DNA of 64,000 nt, taken from positions 203,757 through 267,756 of the forward strand of contig JACRCO010000037.1 of NCBI GenBank assembly GCA_016218975.1, in the 5' to 3' direction. The notes under the pieces were generated by a model. The model saw nothing but the letters and a program-made list of their open reading frames with translations, had not been told where the DNA came from and did not search any database. A program made the position numbers and the translations under genes. Positions 37,344 through 47,740 of the stretch are shown piece after piece (within the stretch, counting starts at the first letter, position 1; each line of letters begins with the position of its first letter). Source of the stretch: Deltaproteobacteria bacterium (GTDB lineage Bacteria > Desulfobacterota > Deferrimicrobia > Deferrimicrobiales > Deferrimicrobiaceae).

Positions 37344-37955
37344 TCACACGGTCCAGAGGAAGAGGCGGTAGCCCCAGTACTTCCACCCTTCCACGAAGAA
37401 CAGCCGCAGCGTACGCGGCAAGGCGTTCCGGTCCCGCCACTCCGAGCGCACCGCGATCACGTAAATCCCTACCCCGGGCTGTATGACCGAACGAAGAGCG
37501 AAGTAGGCGCGCGGCACGTGATAGTCGGAAGTGACCAGGATCACCTGCCGGAATTTCCTGTCCTCGGACAGCCCCTTGGCCGAAAACGCGTTCTCCATGG
37601 TGTTCTCGGACCATCCCTCGACATGCAGGCGTCCCATGTCCTCGGGGGGGATCTCCCGGCGTCCGGGCAGGATCCTTTCGATGCGCGTTCCGCCCCTGGC
37701 GCCGAGTATGAAAAGTTCCTTGCCCTTGCCCTCCTTCCATGCCCGGAATCCCTCGGCGATCCGGTTCTCTCCCCCGGCAAGGACGAATATCGCATCCGAC
37801 TGCGTCGCCGCGGGAGGGCCCGGAAGGCGTCGCGCTGCGATGTGCGGCACCGCCGCGCCCCCACCGGCCGCCAAAAGCAGGAAGAAGGCCGCGGGGAGAA
37901 ATACCCCTTTCTTGCGCCGGGAGGAAAGGAGATTTTGATCTTGCCTGAGATTCAT
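37344..37955 (-). CDS. YdcF/DUF218 family protein
   Basis: DAIFVLAGG, SENTMENA, LVTSDYHVPRA, EGWKY. Confidence 0.85.
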   Translation of the reverse strand: MNLRQDQNLLSSRRKKGVFLPAAFFLLLAAGGGAAVPHIAARRLPGPPAATQSDAIFVLAGGENRIAEGFRAWKEGKGKELFILGARGGTRIERILPGRREIPPEDMGRLHVEGWSENTMENAFSAKGLSEDRKFRQVILVTSDYHVPRAYFALRSVIQPGVGIYVIAVRSEWRDRNALPRTLRLFFVEGWKYWGYRLFLWTV

Positions 37956-37997
37956 TAAATGTGGTAATTTCCTTAGGTTAAATTTACGGAGGACGTC

Positions 37998-38186
37998 ATG
38001 GCAAAGTGCGCAATCTGCGGGAAGGGCCCGAATTTCGGGCACAACGTATCCCACGCGAACAACCGGACCCGGAAGATATGGAAGCCGAACATCCAGCGCG
38101 TCAAGACGGTGAGCGGCGGCACGGTCCGCCACATTTCCGTCTGCACGAACTGCATCAAGTCCGGCCGGGTCGTCAAGGCCGTATAG
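37998..38186 (+). CDS. rpmB: 50S ribosomal protein L28 (four-Cys zinc-binding form)
   Basis: CAICGK..FGHNVSHANNRT...PNIQ...VCTNC; SD GGAGG. Confidence 0.96.
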   Translation: MAKCAICGKGPNFGHNVSHANNRTRKIWKPNIQRVKTVSGGTVRHISVCTNCIKSGRVVKAV

Positions 38187-38190
38187 CCCG

Positions 38191-38577
38191 TTACCGTTCC
38201 GGCGTCGACGCCACCGCGTCGATCTCCACAAGCGCCCCCGCCGGAAGACGCGCCGCCTGTATGGTGGCCCTCGCCGGCGGGTCCTTCGGGAAAAACCTTC
38301 CGTACACGGTGTTCATCGCGGGGAAATCCGCAAGGTCGGCGAGGTACACGGTCGTCTTGACCACCGAGGCGAACGAAGCGCCCCCCGCGGAAAGCACCGC
38401 TTCAAGGTTTGCAAGCACCCGCTCCGTCTGCGCCCCGATACCTCCATCGACCATCTTCCCGGTCGCCGGGTCGAGCGGTATCTGTCCCGAGCAGAACAAA
38501 AGCCCCCCCGCGCGGACCGCCTGCGAATACGGTCCGATCGCCGCGGGCGCCGCGGCGGTCCCGATTATCTCCCTCAT
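38191..38577 (-). CDS. ridA: RidA family imine deaminase
   Basis: APAAIGPYSQA, SGQIPLDP, PARA, LP.GALVEI. Confidence 0.93.
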   Translation of the reverse strand: MREIIGTAAAPAAIGPYSQAVRAGGLLFCSGQIPLDPATGKMVDGGIGAQTERVLANLEAVLSAGGASFASVVKTTVYLADLADFPAMNTVYGRFFPKDPPARATIQAARLPAGALVEIDAVASTPER

Positions 38578-38579
38578 CT

Positions 38580-40724
38580 CTATCCCTTTCCTCTCTCCAC
38601 GGAGAATACGTTTTTAAGCTTCTCGACGGACTTGATCAGGGTCGCGAGGTGCTGCGCGTCGTTGACCGAAACTTCGAAGTTGCAGATCGCGCGCTTGTCC
38701 CGCGTCGTCATGACGACCGCCCGCCGTATGTCCACGTCGCTTGCGGTGATCGTGCGCGAAATGTCTGCGAGGAGTCCCGGCTTGTCGGCGCAGACGACCT
38801 TCAATTTGACCGGGTGCGCCGCTTTCGTTCCCGCCTCCCAGGCCACCTCGATCGCCCGCGCCGGATCGTTCTCCAGCGCTTTCGGGCAGTCCTTTGCGTG
38901 GATCGTCACGCCCCTCCCCCGCGTGATGAAACCCACGATCGGATCCCCGGGCACCGGGTGGCAGCAGTTCCCGAGCCGAATGAAAATGTCGTCCATCCCC
39001 TTCACGATGATCGCGCTCGGCTTCCTCGCGGTTACCCTTCTGATCAGGGCGCCGAGCCGGCTGTCCTTCACCTTTTCCTGCAGCTGCTCCGGCGGCACCA
39101 GCCGGCGCAGAAGCGGCATGAGCGACATCTTCCCGTACCCCAACGCTACGCAGTAGTCGTCCGCGGTTTTAAGGCGGCTCTCCTGCAGCGTCTCCTCGAA
39201 TTCCTTCGCCTTGAGCACCTTGTTCAGGGAGAGGGAGTATTTCCGCAGCTCCCGTTCCAGAATCTGGCGCCCGAGGGCGAGGCTGCGCTCCTGCTGCTCC
39301 TGGCGGACGAAGGCGCGGATCTTGTTCAGGGCCCGGTTCGTCCTGGCTATCTTGAGCCAGTCCTTGCTCGGAGTGTGGGCGGGATGGGTGATGATCTCGA
39401 CGACGTCCCCGTTCTTGAGCGCCGTCTTCAAGGGAACCATCTTGCCGTTCACCTTCGCGCCCACGCACTTGTTTCCGACCTCCGTGTGGATCGCGTAGGC
39501 GAAGTCGACCGGTGTCGCTCCCTGCGGCAGTTCCTTGACGTCGCCCCGGGGGGTGAATACGTATACTTCCTCGGGGAAAAGCTCCACCTTCACCGTGTTA
39601 AGGAATTCCCGCGGATCCTTCATGTCCTGCTGCAGCTCGAGGATCTGCCGGAGCCACAGGAACATCTGGTCGCCCTTCCCGACGACGGGCCGCCCCTCCT
39701 TGTATTTCCAGTGCGCCGCCACTCCGTATTCGGCGATGGCGTGCATCTCCTCCGTGCGGATCTGGATTTCCATAAGCTCCGCGTTCGGCCCGAACACCGT
39801 GGTGTGGAGGGACTGGTATAGATTCTGCTTGGGCATCGCTATGTAGTCCTTGAACCGGCCGGGAACGGGCTTCCACAGGCTGTGCACGATCCCGAGCACC
39901 TCGTAGCACTCGCGCACCGACTTCGCGATGATGCGGAACCCGATGAAATCGTAGACGTGGTCGAAGTCTATCCCCTGCCGCGCCATCTTCTGGAACAACC
40001 CTGCGATGTGCTTCGAACGCCCGCTGACCGCCGCCTCGAGACCCGCTTCCACAAGCTTCTTTTCCAGCAGCTCGACGACGCTGTGCACGTGGCTTTCCCG
40101 GTCCCGCTTCCGTTCGTCGGCAAGACGCACGAGCTCGCGGTAATCCTCCGGGTGGAGGATCTCGAAGCATCGGTCCTCCAGCTCCATCTTCACCCGGGAC
40201 ATGCCGAGGCGACTCGCGATGGGATTGTAGATGTCCTGGGTTTCACGGGAGACGGCGACCTGCTTGTCGCGGGAGAGGTGGGCGATCGTCCTCATGTTGT
40301 GGAGGCGGTCCGCCAGCTTGACGAGGACGACCCGCAGGTCCTTCCCCATGGCCAGGATCATTTTACGGAGGGACTCGGCCTTCTGGTCGGCGACGTCGGA
40401 AATCACGACGCGGCTGATCTTCGACACGCCGTCCACCATCGCCGCTATGGTATCGCCGAAGAGATCGCGGATCTCCTCGATCGTCGCCACCGTGTCCTCC
40501 ACGGTGTCGTGGAGCAGGCCGACGGCCACCGTCTCCTCGTCGAGGTTCCAGTCCGCGAGGATGTGCGCAACGTTCAGGGGATGGATGAGATAGGGCTCGC
40601 CCGACTGCCGGAGCTGCCCGTGATGCACCTTCGCCGTGAAGACGTAGGCCTTGTGGATCAGTTCGATGTCGCCGTTCGGCCGTGACGCCTGGACCCGTTC
40701 GACGATGTCATGTAGTCGGAGCAT
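38580..40724 (-). CDS. rel: Bifunctional (p)ppGpp synthetase/hydrolase
   Basis: GEPYLIHP, LLHDTVED, RFKDYI, YQSLHT, EIQIRT, TGS and ACT domains. Confidence 0.95.
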   Translation of the reverse strand: MLRLHDIVERVQASRPNGDIELIHKAYVFTAKVHHGQLRQSGEPYLIHPLNVAHILADWNLDEETVAVGLLHDTVEDTVATIEEIRDLFGDTIAAMVDGVSKISRVVISDVADQKAESLRKMILAMGKDLRVVLVKLADRLHNMRTIAHLSRDKQVAVSRETQDIYNPIASRLGMSRVKMELEDRCFEILHPEDYRELVRLADERKRDRESHVHSVVELLEKKLVEAGLEAAVSGRSKHIAGLFQKMARQGIDFDHVYDFIGFRIIAKSVRECYEVLGIVHSLWKPVPGRFKDYIAMPKQNLYQSLHTTVFGPNAELMEIQIRTEEMHAIAEYGVAAHWKYKEGRPVVGKGDQMFLWLRQILELQQDMKDPREFLNTVKVELFPEEVYVFTPRGDVKELPQGATPVDFAYAIHTEVGNKCVGAKVNGKMVPLKTALKNGDVVEIITHPAHTPSKDWLKIARTNRALNKIRAFVRQEQQERSLALGRQILERELRKYSLSLNKVLKAKEFEETLQESRLKTADDYCVALGYGKMSLMPLLRRLVPPEQLQEKVKDSRLGALIRRVTARKPSAIIVKGMDDIFIRLGNCCHPVPGDPIVGFITRGRGVTIHAKDCPKALENDPARAIEVAWEAGTKAAHPVKLKVVCADKPGLLADISRTITASDVDIRRAVVMTTRDKRAICNFEVSVNDAQHLATLIKSVEKLKNVFSVERGKG

Positions 40725-40738
40725 GGAGCGCTCCGCGT

Positions 40739-40933
40739 TCAGGCTTTGACCCGCACCGTCCCCTGCGCGATTTCCCTGAGCGCCACCACCGTGGGCTTGT
40801 CCCTTCGCTGGGACGTGTCGATCGAAGCGCCCTGCCCGCCCAGAAGCTGCTTGGCCCGCTTCGCCGCCACCACCGTAAGCTCGAAGTGGCTGTTCACGCG
40901 ACGAAGACAATCTTCTACCGTTACTCGCGCCAT
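40739..40933 (-). CDS. rpoZ: RNA polymerase omega subunit
   Basis: MARVTVEDC...AAKRAKQL...[10 protein letters not shown]. Confidence 0.96.
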   Translation of the reverse strand: MARVTVEDCLRRVNSHFELTVVAAKRAKQLLGGQGASIDTSQRRDKPTVVALREIAQGTVRVKA

Positions 40934-40945
40934 ATTCTCCCTCTC

Positions 40946-41551
40946 CTACCCGGAAAGAATCCTTTCAAGCCGCTCGCGTACGCGCTCCCTGCGGAGCCGC
41001 TGCGCGCGGACGATCCACTCGACTTGCCGTACCGCTTTCTCGAGGCTGTCGTTTACCACCAGGTAATCGTAGTGAAGGAGATCCCGCATCTCCTTCCCCG
41101 CGACCTCCAGCCGGGCCTCCATTTCCTCACGGCTGTCGCGCCCACGGTCCGCCAGCCTCCGGGAAAGCGTTTCCCCGTCCGGGGGGAAAATGCCGATCAG
41201 AACGGACTCCGGAAGCGCTTCCTTGATCTTCCGTCCGCCCTGGACGTCTATCTCGAGAACGGCGTCCACCCCGCGGGAAACGATGGACCTGACGGTTTCG
41301 CGGGAGGTCCCGTATCGCATCCCGTAAACATTCGCGAATTCCAGGAACTCCTTCAAACTTATCATTTTATCAAAATTATCTTCAGTAATGAAAAAATAAT
41401 CCTTACCCTCGGCCTCGCCGTTCTTGCGCCGCCGCGTGGTGTAGGAGATGGAAAGCTCGAGCCCCTCCACCCTCTCGATCAGCAGCCTGCAGATCGTGGT
41501 CTTTCCCGACCCCGACGGGGCCGAAATGACGAATACGTCTCCGTTTGCCAT
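40946..41551 (-). CDS. gmk: Guanylate kinase
   Basis: SAPSGSGKTT, SYTTR, YGTS, EIDVQG, YDYLVVND. Confidence 0.96.
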   Translation of the reverse strand: MANGDVFVISAPSGSGKTTICRLLIERVEGLELSISYTTRRRKNGEAEGKDYFFITEDNFDKMISLKEFLEFANVYGMRYGTSRETVRSIVSRGVDAVLEIDVQGGRKIKEALPESVLIGIFPPDGETLSRRLADRGRDSREEMEARLEVAGKEMRDLLHYDYLVVNDSLEKAVRQVEWIVRAQRLRRERVRERLERILSG

Positions 41552-41554
41552 GGA

Positions 41555-42442
41555 TTACTCCACGTTCTGGATCTGTTCCCGGATCTTTTCCATTTCGGTC
41601 TTTGCGGTCACGGCCAGCGCCGATATCTCCGAGCGGGCGGACTTGTTGGAAGCGGTGTTCAATTCGCGGAAGACTTCCTGGACGAGGAAATCGAACCTTT
41701 TGCCCACGGCCTCGCCCGGCTTCTCCAGCAGTTTCCCGAGCCCGGCAAGATGGGACCGCAGGCGGTCGCACTCCTCGGTGATGTCCAGCCGGTCCAGCAG
41801 GAAAGCCGCTTCCTGGTGAAGCCTTCCGGGATCGATGCCTGCCTCCCCCGCGAGTGATTGTATCCTTTCCTTGAACTTTACTATGGCAAATTCCTTGTTT
41901 TCAACGGATAATGCGGCGATATTATCCGAAATAACCGCAAGCTCCGACACCCCGGCGGCTACGACCTCCCGAAGGCGCTCTCCTTCATCGCGTCTCGATT
42001 CCTGCAGCATCGCGACCGCGCTCCGAAGGGCTTTTTCGGCAAGTTCCCAGTGCTCCTCGGCGGGATCCGCCCCTTCGGCGGCGAACACGAACAGGTCCGG
42101 GACACCAAGCAGATCCCTGAAAGAAAGCTCTATGGGCAGACCGGCTTCGTCGCGGATCCGGTGGGCCTCGACGAGAAAGGAATTCAGGGCTTCGCGATTC
42201 ACCCTGACCGTCGTTCCCGTGCTTCCCCACTCCCGGACTGCGAGTAATACATCGACCTTTCCGCGCCGCAACGCTTCCCGGACAACTCCGCGGATCCTCG
42301 GTTCCCAGGAAAAGAACTTCGAGGGGCATCTCACGTGGATGTCGAGGAACCGGTGGTTCACCGACCGGACGTCGGCGGTGATTGCGATATCCTTACCGTG
42401 GGCCTCGCCCCTGCCGTACCCCGTCATGCTCATCCACGACAT
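41555..42442 (-). CDS. yicC: YicC/YloC family endoribonuclease
   Basis: SMTGYG, RSVNHRFLD, RGKVD, DITEE, RELNTASNK, KIREQIQNVE. Confidence 0.93.
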   Translation of the reverse strand: MSWMSMTGYGRGEAHGKDIAITADVRSVNHRFLDIHVRCPSKFFSWEPRIRGVVREALRRGKVDVLLAVREWGSTGTTVRVNREALNSFLVEAHRIRDEAGLPIELSFRDLLGVPDLFVFAAEGADPAEEHWELAEKALRSAVAMLQESRRDEGERLREVVAAGVSELAVISDNIAALSVENKEFAIVKFKERIQSLAGEAGIDPGRLHQEAAFLLDRLDITEECDRLRSHLAGLGKLLEKPGEAVGKRFDFLVQEVFRELNTASNKSARSEISALAVTAKTEMEKIREQIQNVE

Positions 42443-42981
42443 GTCGGCTCCTCCGCGGCGAGTTTTCTGGCTTCCCTGAGCCTTCCCCGCACTTCCCCAA
42501 GGTATGAGCGTATGCTTTCGGAAGCGAGGTCCGGGTACGACCAGGGAAGAGGCCGGTACCCCCCCCTCTCGTAGATCAGCGTGAGGTCCGCGAACACTCC
42601 GTCGCGAAGGTACACGCGATGGCTGTAATTCTTGCCTGTGGCAAGGGAATAATTCTCCTCCGTCAACAGCCCCGGATCCACGTTTACGGTGCGCTTGCCG
42701 CCATCGGAAAATGCCGCCTCCATCTCTTCCGCCGCAAGCTTGGCCCATGCAAGCGAGTCGCGCGGAACGAGCCGTTCCATCACGACGAACCTTCGATACA
42801 ATGGAACTCCCATTTCCTTCGCATAATACTCGGTCCGGTCGAAGGGGAATATTCCGCTCGTTTCCGCCACCTGCCCGAACCGGTCGGAGATAGCCGCGAG
42901 GGCTTTCCGGAAGCGTTCCTCTTCCCTGTAGATCACGGATACCACGAGCCTTGCGGGCGGCGGCGAGCCTCGCCGGCTCAT
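42430..42981 (-). CDS. DUF4416 family protein
   Basis: TEYYAKEMG, RTVNVDPG, LATGKNYSHRVYL, PWSYPD. Confidence 0.8.
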   Translation of the reverse strand: MSRRGSPPPARLVVSVIYREEERFRKALAAISDRFGQVAETSGIFPFDRTEYYAKEMGVPLYRRFVVMERLVPRDSLAWAKLAAEEMEAAFSDGGKRTVNVDPGLLTEENYSLATGKNYSHRVYLRDGVFADLTLIYERGGYRPLPWSYPDLASESIRSYLGEVRGRLREARKLAAEEPTCRG

Positions 42982-43979
42982 TGCCTGGCGCGCAGGGCCG
43001 CCGCGAGCTTTTCCCTTGTGATCGGCGCGGTGCCCACCTCTCCGACTACGATGCTCGCGGCGAGGTTGGCCAGAAGCGCCGCATCGCGCAAGGATGCCCC
43101 CGAACCCATCGCCACAGCTATCGTCCCGATCACCGTGTCTCCCGCGCCGGTGACGTCGAACACCTGCCGGGCCTTCGCGGGGATGTGGAAGGAGACGTCC
43201 CTCCCCCGCTCGACGAGGCTCATCCCATCCTCACCGCGGGTTATCAGTACCGCCTTCGCGCCGCTGGCCCGCAGCAGCGCCTTGCCGCCTTCATGGATCT
43301 CCCGGTCTCCGGGCAGCTCACGGCCTCCCAGCGCCGCTTCCGCTTCCGCCTTGTTGGGTGTGATCAGCGTGCATCCCTTGTAGAAGGAGAAATCGGTCCG
43401 CTTCGGGTCGACTGCAACGAAAGCTCCGCTCCTCGCGGCGGCAACCGTCACCTCCTCGACGAGCTCCCGGCTCAATGCCCCCTTCCGATAGTCGGAGAGG
43501 ACGACACCGTCGACCTCCCGGACCGCCTTCCGAACCTTGGCCCGGAGAGCATCCTGCGCCCTGCCGTTCGGGGATTCCTTCATCTCCCGGTCCACGCGCA
43601 CCACCTGCTGGTGATGGGCGATCACTCGCGTCTTGGTCGTCGTCGGCCGGTCCCGGTCGGCGACGACAGCGGCGGCGCCGATGCGGTGCCTGCCGAGGAT
43701 CCTCAGAATCTCCCTTCCCGCGGAATCCGCGCCTATCAGGCCGGCGAGCGCGGTCCTGGCGGAAAGCCCCGATACGTTCACGGCCACGTTCCCCGCGCCG
43801 CCGAGCGCCTTCGTGTCCCCGGTTACCGCCACGACCGGGACGGGCGCTTCGGGGGAGATGCGTTTCACGTTCCCCCAGATATATTCGTCAAGCATGATGT
43901 CTCCCACCACCAAAATACGGCAGGAGGGAAATTTTTCAAGGTAATCGAAAGCGCGCGAGGTGAACCCGGCGTCATTCAA
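42978..43979 (-). CDS. rfaE1: D-glycero-beta-D-manno-heptose-7-phosphate kinase
   Basis: GDIMLDEY, RISPEAPVPV, GGAGNVA, SDYRKG, DVTGAGDT. Confidence 0.93.
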   Translation of the reverse strand: MNDAGFTSRAFDYLEKFPSCRILVVGDIMLDEYIWGNVKRISPEAPVPVVAVTGDTKALGGAGNVAVNVSGLSARTALAGLIGADSAGREILRILGRHRIGAAAVVADRDRPTTTKTRVIAHHQQVVRVDREMKESPNGRAQDALRAKVRKAVREVDGVVLSDYRKGALSRELVEEVTVAAARSGAFVAVDPKRTDFSFYKGCTLITPNKAEAEAALGGRELPGDREIHEGGKALLRASGAKAVLITRGEDGMSLVERGRDVSFHIPAKARQVFDVTGAGDTVIGTIAVAMGSGASLRDAALLANLAASIVVGEVGTAPITREKLAAALRARQ

Positions 43980-44136
43980 TTGGAGACGCCTCCTCGACGA
44001 GCAGGATGGGTATCCCGTCATCTATCCGGTAGCTCAGGCGGCACTTCTCGCAAAGAAGCTCGCTTTCGTCGGTCGTCAGGCGAAGGCTCCCTTTGCACTT
44101 GGGGCATGCCAGGATATCGAGAAGCTCTTCGTCCAT
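43972..44136 (-). CDS. Trm112/YcaR family small protein
   Basis: LLDILACPKCKG...CEKC..YRIDDGIPILL. Confidence 0.9.
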   Translation of the reverse strand: MDEELLDILACPKCKGSLRLTTDESELLCEKCRLSYRIDDGIPILLVEEASPIE

Positions 44137-44140
44137 ATCC

Positions 44141-45280
44141 TCATCCTCCTTCCCTTGGCGGAACAAGCTCCGCGAACAGCGTCCACATCCTGATTTTCCT
44201 GAACTTGGCGTAAATCCTCACGGGGATGCGGCGGGCGTCGTCGGTCATCCACATCTTCAGGTCACCCTTGTCCTCAAGCTTGCCTTCCCGCTTGATGACA
44301 GGCTGGATTACGACGGTATCCATCTTTCCGCGGACCGTGTCGATCTTCTCCCGCCCCAGCAGTCGCGATGCGATCTGGTACAGCTTACGCCCACCGTAGA
44401 CGTTGCGGGAACGGCCCTCGTCGCCAAGGTCCCGGGCACGGAAGTAATACGCGACGGTCACCGGGTCGAAGACTCCGGGGACGACATCGACCTCCTTGCG
44501 GATCTCCCCCGAATGCTTGTAGCGGTAAACGATTCTCCCCTTCTTCTGGTCGTAGAACATTATGTCGTCCTTCTTTTTCGCCCTGCCGGTGGATTCCTGC
44601 CGCAGGGGCTCCAGCGTCTTCACATCCATATAATATTCGATAGTTTCGTTTATCGGATAGATGACCGAAAGAAAATCGGAGGTCCATGCCCGGACGCTCA
44701 AATGATAGGTTTCCCGGCTGCCCAGCATGGTTTTCCCGCGGAAGTTGAAGCGCGCGTATCCCATCGTCATCCCGAGGAATTCCACACGGTAGACCAGCTC
44801 TTCCCTTCCCTTCGCCCACGAAGGTTCATCGAGGGACGCAAGCGAGTTGGGCCTTGTCGGCGTCGACGGCGCCGTTGCGGGGGTCACCGGCCTTGCGGTT
44901 TTTCGCACCGCAGGCGCCGGCACGTCCCCGGCCGCGGGTGGAACGTCTGCGCCGTGTGCGGCAGGCGGCGCAAGCTCCATCTCGGCGGATGTGGCAGGCT
45001 CCGCCGCAGAGGAAGGCGAAGGCTCCACAACGGGATGACGCGGCGCATCCGCCTGCGGAGGTTCATCAGGTCCGGCGGAGGATTCCGGTGCGATTTCCGC
45101 GACAATTTCCCCCGCGGGCGCTTCGCCGGCCGGCTCTTCGATCGAAGGAGGCGGCACGTACGCCGGTTTCGACGGGGGCTGCCCCCAATGGCATCCCGCC
45201 ATGGCGACCGCGAGAAAAGCGACGGGCAGGAAGAATCCTTTCCGGCGCAAAGCCGCACTTCGACTGCTCCTGCCGCTCAT
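44141..45280 (-). CDS. DUF3108-domain lipoprotein with Pro/Ala-rich linker
   Basis: Lipobox MAG|C, long Pro/Ala linker, EELVYRVEFLGMTMG...WMTDDARRIPVRI. Confidence 0.7.
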   Translation of the reverse strand: MSGRSSRSAALRRKGFFLPVAFLAVAMAGCHWGQPPSKPAYVPPPSIEEPAGEAPAGEIVAEIAPESSAGPDEPPQADAPRHPVVEPSPSSAAEPATSAEMELAPPAAHGADVPPAAGDVPAPAVRKTARPVTPATAPSTPTRPNSLASLDEPSWAKGREELVYRVEFLGMTMGYARFNFRGKTMLGSRETYHLSVRAWTSDFLSVIYPINETIEYYMDVKTLEPLRQESTGRAKKKDDIMFYDQKKGRIVYRYKHSGEIRKEVDVVPGVFDPVTVAYYFRARDLGDEGRSRNVYGGRKLYQIASRLLGREKIDTVRGKMDTVVIQPVIKREGKLEDKGDLKMWMTDDARRIPVRIYAKFRKIRMWTLFAELVPPREGG

Positions 45281-45852
45281 AATCGCTCCCGGGACAAAAT
45301 CCACTCGGCCGCCTCCCGTATGCTGGGAAGAAACGCGTCCGGGATTTCTCCGCGGCGCTCCCCTTCCACGCGCTCTTCCTCGCCGTAGCCGGTCGCGACC
45401 AGTATGGTCTCCGCGCGCAGGCGCTTCCCCATCGAGATATCCGACATTTTATCACCTACCACCCAGACCCTGCACGAAGGAGGGAGCGCCAGGTTTCGCA
45501 GGACCTTCAGCGCGAGCCCGGCAGCGGGCTTTCTGCAGCCGCAGGCCTGCCGGTACTTTTCGACTATGCCATCCGCATGATGGGGGCAGTATTCCACGGC
45601 GTCGAACGACACCCCGAGCCTGCGAAAATACTCGACGAAAGCCCGGTGGACCGCGTCCCATTGCTCCTCCCGGATTTTCCCCTTTGCGAGCCCGGCCTGG
45701 TTAGACACCACCGCGATGGCGTAGCCGTTTTCCGCAAGACGCCTCAAGGACTCCGCAGCGCCCGGTATCTCCTTCAGGAGCGCCGGGTCCGATATATATC
45801 CCACGTCCTCGATCAGCGTTCCGTCCCGATCCAGGAAAACGATGCCTTTCAA
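45277..45852 (-). CDS. gmhB: Heptose-1,7-bisphosphate phosphatase
   Basis: FLDRDGTL, VSNQAG, YCPHH, CGCRKP, VGDKMSD. Confidence 0.92.
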   Translation of the reverse strand: MKGIVFLDRDGTLIEDVGYISDPALLKEIPGAAESLRRLAENGYAIAVVSNQAGLAKGKIREEQWDAVHRAFVEYFRRLGVSFDAVEYCPHHADGIVEKYRQACGCRKPAAGLALKVLRNLALPPSCRVWVVGDKMSDISMGKRLRAETILVATGYGEEERVEGERRGEIPDAFLPSIREAAEWILSRERL

Positions 45853-46754
45853 CGAGTTCCTCCGTAAAGATCCGGCTCTCCCGGGGGACGGTCCTTCCAT
45901 CTGCGCGTAAACCAGAGCCATTGCGTCGGGTCCCGGCGGATCGCCTTTTCCAGTTCTTCGTTGCATCTCCTCGTAAGGCGCAGGACTTCCTCCTCGCGCG
46001 GCGCCGCCGGGTCCATCGGGATCGGGGGGCCGAACCGCAATGTGTGGTGGAACTTGCGGCGCGGGTCCCTGAAGATGAACGCCGGATGCACCGTCGTTCC
46101 AAGGGCGAGCGCCAGCCGGGCGATGCCTGAAGGCGTGTACGCCTTGCGGGTGAAGAAATCGACCGGAATTCCTTTTCTCGGCTCCACGTTCTGGTCTATC
46201 AGGATGCCGACAAGCGTTTTTTTCCGGATCTCCCGCACGACCAGCTTGGCGGAGTCCTCCTTGCGGATAACGCGGTTTCCATTCATCTCCCTCCGCTCCG
46301 TGACGATCCGGTCCGCCAACGGGTTTTTCAGCGGACGCACTATGAACGACACCGGCGCTATGACCGCTCCGTAAACGAAGGAAAGCAGCTCCCAGTTTCC
46401 GAAATGACCGGTCATGGCCAGCGGCCCGAGCCCGCGCTCCTCCGTCGCCTTGCGGATGTGCTCCGCCCCCTCGATCCGGAAATGCTCCGCGACGTACGCG
46501 TCGTCCATCTTCGGAAGGTGGATGAATTCCGCTGCGGCCGTCCCCATACGCACATAGCAGAACCGAACGATCCGCGACGCTTCCCGGTCCCCCATTTCAG
46601 GGAAGGCTATCCGCAGGTTGATCCTTCCGACACGGCGGTGCCTTGCGGCAAGCGCCCATACGCAGAACATGACCGCTTCGAAAAGCGCCGCCCGCAGGGG
46701 GAGCGGGATCGCCTCCAGAACTTTCAGGGCGGCCCGAAGCAATGCCTCTTTCAC
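45849..46754 (-). CDS. lpxL: Lipid A late acyltransferase (LpxL/HtrB family)
   Basis: NLRIAFPE, TGHFGNWE, ILIDQ, PTQWLWFTRRWK. Confidence 0.85.
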   Translation of the reverse strand: MKEALLRAALKVLEAIPLPLRAALFEAVMFCVWALAARHRRVGRINLRIAFPEMGDREASRIVRFCYVRMGTAAAEFIHLPKMDDAYVAEHFRIEGAEHIRKATEERGLGPLAMTGHFGNWELLSFVYGAVIAPVSFIVRPLKNPLADRIVTERREMNGNRVIRKEDSAKLVVREIRKKTLVGILIDQNVEPRKGIPVDFFTRKAYTPSGIARLALALGTTVHPAFIFRDPRRKFHHTLRFGPPIPMDPAAPREEEVLRLTRRCNEELEKAIRRDPTQWLWFTRRWKDRPPGEPDLYGGTR

Positions 46755-47740
46755 GATTCCACGGCCTTCCCGAGCCTTTCCAGTATGAGGCGGGAGAGAT
46801 CTTCCCACCCCGAAAGGAACTCCACGCCGATGCGAATCGCCTTGAGATCGAAAGGAAGCGTGCCGGAAAGCCGGACGAGGTCTTTTTCCGTCGTAAGGAC
46901 CGGCGCTCCTCCGGCCGCCGAGGCGATCCTTTCGAGGTCCGCGCGGCGATAGCGGTAATGGTCCCGAAAGGAGAAAAACTTACGGACGGCAAATCCCGAC
47001 GTGCGAAGGGTATCGGCGAACTGCCCGTTGTGCGCCAGCCCGGAAAAAGCCACGACTTCCTCGCCATCCCGGGGAAGGGATGTTTCCCTGCCGAACCGGT
47101 CGACGACCGCCCGTGCCACCATGCGTGTGTATGCACGGGGACGGTCCGCTTCGAACGGAACGGCCGCGGCGGCCTTTTCTCCCTGCGACAGGCCGGCGCA
47201 CTTGGTTATCACAAGGGCGTCTGCGCGCCGCGCCGTTTCCGGCGACTCGCGAAGGGGACCGAAAGGCAGCGTGCGCATGTTTCCCAGGACGCATGTCGCA
47301 TCGACCAGAAGTATGTCGGCGTCCCGTCCGAGAGAAAGATGCTGGAAACCGTCATCCAGCAGAAAGACATCCACATCCCTTGACCGAAGGCATTCCCTTC
47401 CCGCCTCGGCGCGGGACTCGCCCGCAAGCACGGGCACCCCGGGCAGAAGCGCGGCGAGCAGGACCGGTTCGTCGCCGCCGTATTCGGCAGTCACCGCGGG
47501 TCCGTCGCCCCGCGAGACCCAGACGACGCCGCGGCTCTTCCGTCCGTATCCTCTGGACAGGACTGCCACTTTCACTCCCGTCTCCGTGAGCCAGGAAGCG
47601 AGGAACTGCACGTGGGGCGTCTTGCCGGTTCCGCCGACCGAAAGGTTCCCTACGCTTATCACAGGGCGGGGAAGGGATTCCTGGCGCAGGATCCCGGCTC
47701 CGTAAAGTGACCTTCTCAATGTTGCGAAAGGACCGATCAC
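46751..47740 (-). CDS. lpxK: Tetraacyldisaccharide 4'-kinase
   Basis: VGNLSVGGTGKTP, SRGYG, GDEP, DDGFQH, PFGPLRE, TTEKD. Confidence 0.95.
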   Translation of the reverse strand: MIGPFATLRRSLYGAGILRQESLPRPVISVGNLSVGGTGKTPHVQFLASWLTETGVKVAVLSRGYGRKSRGVVWVSRGDGPAVTAEYGGDEPVLLAALLPGVPVLAGESRAEAGRECLRSRDVDVFLLDDGFQHLSLGRDADILLVDATCVLGNMRTLPFGPLRESPETARRADALVITKCAGLSQGEKAAAAVPFEADRPRAYTRMVARAVVDRFGRETSLPRDGEEVVAFSGLAHNGQFADTLRTSGFAVRKFFSFRDHYRYRRADLERIASAAGGAPVLTTEKDLVRLSGTLPFDLKAIRIGVEFLSGWEDLSRLILERLGKAVES